Shown: positions 30,247 to 31,267 of the stretch, in pieces | Layout: the number at the start of each line of letters is the position of its first letter | Position numbering within the stretch: position 1 is the first letter of the stretch | Origin: Candidatus Hydrogenedentota bacterium | Lineage (GTDB): Bacteria; Hydrogenedentota; Hydrogenedentia; Hydrogenedentales; SLHB01 | Assembly (NCBI GenBank): GCA_034408725.1 | Contig: JAWXCN010000033.1 | Span: 1 to 31,267 of the forward strand | Direction: 5' to 3' | Length of the DNA stretch: 31,267 nucleotides | Notes under the pieces: generated by a model | Told to the model about the DNA's origin: nothing | The model's input: only the letters and a program-made list of their open reading frames with translations | The model's database searches: none | Made by a program: the position numbers and the translations under genes

Positions 30247-31267
30247 ATGCCAATGCAGAATCGGGCCATCGTGCGTTTCATCTGTGTGGCGGGGAGTGTT
30301 TTCATGGCGTTAGTTTCCACGGCGCAGGAGCGCCAGGTGACGTTTTCACCGAAAAACCATAACCTCGACAACAACGATAATTTCTCGCCGGACCAGCGGT
30401 TTTTATCGTATGACACCCGCGAGATGATTGGGCCAGGGCTCGATAACTGCCAGTCGATCGAAAAAGTAGAGATCGCCACCGGCGAAGAAATTATCCTTTA
30501 CGCGCCGGAGAAAACGCTCACTGGCGAGAAGTGCGCGCCCGGCCTCGGGGCGGCTACGTATCACCCACTGTTGGACAAAGTCGCGTTCATCCACGGTCCG
30601 CCGCTGGACCAGGTTGCCGTGCGCGGATATTACGGCAAGCCGAACCGTAACGGCGCGGAAGTGAACGCGGACGGCACGCAAAAATTTGAATGGCTCGATT
30701 ACCGCGACGTGGACACCACGCGCGACACGCTGCCCGGTGCGCACCGCGGCGGCACGCACCGGCATGAGTACACACTCGACGGCAAACGTATCGGTTTCAC
30801 CTATGACGATTTCCTCTGCCCCGAGTACGCGCGCACCATCGGCTACATGGAGCCGCACGCCTTTGCCCCCGGCGACGCGACGCACTTTTTCTGCGTGCTG
30901 GTGAAGCCCGCCAAAATTGGCGAATCAAAGCCTGGCGAGATCGAAAGCGCGTACGGCGATTCGTGGATCGGCGAGCACGGCCACATGCGCGCGTTCATCG
31001 GCAAGGTCCGCGCGGCGGATGGCGTGAACTATGAGGAATCCTTGTTCGTCGTCGATGTGCCCGCGAAAGTAAACATCACAACCGCGAAAGCCGGCAACGC
31101 GAATGAATATCCCACGCCACCGAAAGGCGTTACCGTGCGCCGCCTGACGCATACCTTCGCCACAGGCGTCGTGCGCGGCACCGTGCAGGGAGATCGCATC
31201 GCGTATTACGCCAACGACGACAAGGGCACGAAACAAATCTTCGTCATCGCATCGGACGGCTCGGACA
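30247..31267 (+). CDS. YidR/DUF3748-family exported beta-propeller-like protein (runs off window)
   Basis: Manual translation MPMQNRAIVRFICVAGSVFMALVSTAQERQVTFSPKNHNLDNNDNFSPDQRFLSYDTR..IEKVEIATGE..FIHGP resembles E. coli YidR; SD AGGGGAG; absent from the ORF track because it has no stop in the window. Confidence 0.82.
   Translation, partial: MPMQNRAIVRFICVAGSVFMALVSTAQERQVTFSPKNHNLDNNDNFSPDQRFLSYDTREMIGPGLDNCQSIEKVEIATGEEIILYAPEKTLTGEKCAPGLGAATYHPLLDKVAFIHGPPLDQVAVRGYYGKPNRNGAEVNADGTQKFEWLDYRDVDTTRDTLPGAHRGGTHRHEYTLDGKRIGFTYDDFLCPEYARTIGYMEPHAFAPGDATHFFCVLVKPAKIGESKPGEIESAYGDSWIGEHGHMRAFIGKVRAADGVNYEESLFVVDVPAKVNITTAKAGNANEYPTPPKGVTVRRLTHTFATGVVRGTVQGDRIAYYANDDKGTKQIFVIASDGSD

Noticed and set aside
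29986..30313. ORFs with CSCSCS or EHEHEHE tracts suggesting metal-binding peptides
   Set aside because: These are translations of the hexamer DNA repeat, not supported genes

Overview
GC-rich bacterial chromosome window. The left half is core machinery on the minus strand: the 5' end of tuf, fusA, rpsG, rpsL, rpoC, rpoB, a TMTC-like GT-C/TPR protein and aspS. rpoBC is not preceded by rplKAJL. It has its own sigma70-type promoter, a ~240-nt leader and a terminator, and is separated from rpsL by an AT-richer ~2-kb insert carrying two unknown membrane proteins and a HI1419/HI1420-type toxin-antitoxin pair. The right half is accessory and metabolic: SGNH hydrolase, orphan BrnA-like and HicB antitoxins, MFS transporter, fabH, CYTH protein, tagatose-epimerase-family enzyme, a PadR + HAAS membrane pair, glutathione-independent formaldehyde dehydrogenase, an unknown small secreted protein, DUF488, a DUF4160/DUF2442 pair, an FdhF/YdeP molybdoenzyme and a truncated YidR/DUF3748 gene. 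No tRNA, rRNA, CRISPR, integrase or transposase was seen. I cannot establish a clearly new multi-gene system. The best leads are: natural substitutions in the RpoB rifamycin pocket (Q513H and I572M equivalents); a 16-aa expansion in S12; structured RNA candidates (rpoB leader, rpsG-fusA spacer); a high density of unrelated palindromic miniature elements alongside orphan TA parts; and a possible formaldehyde-to-formate-to-CO2 locus. All family calls are by motif recognition; no searches were run.
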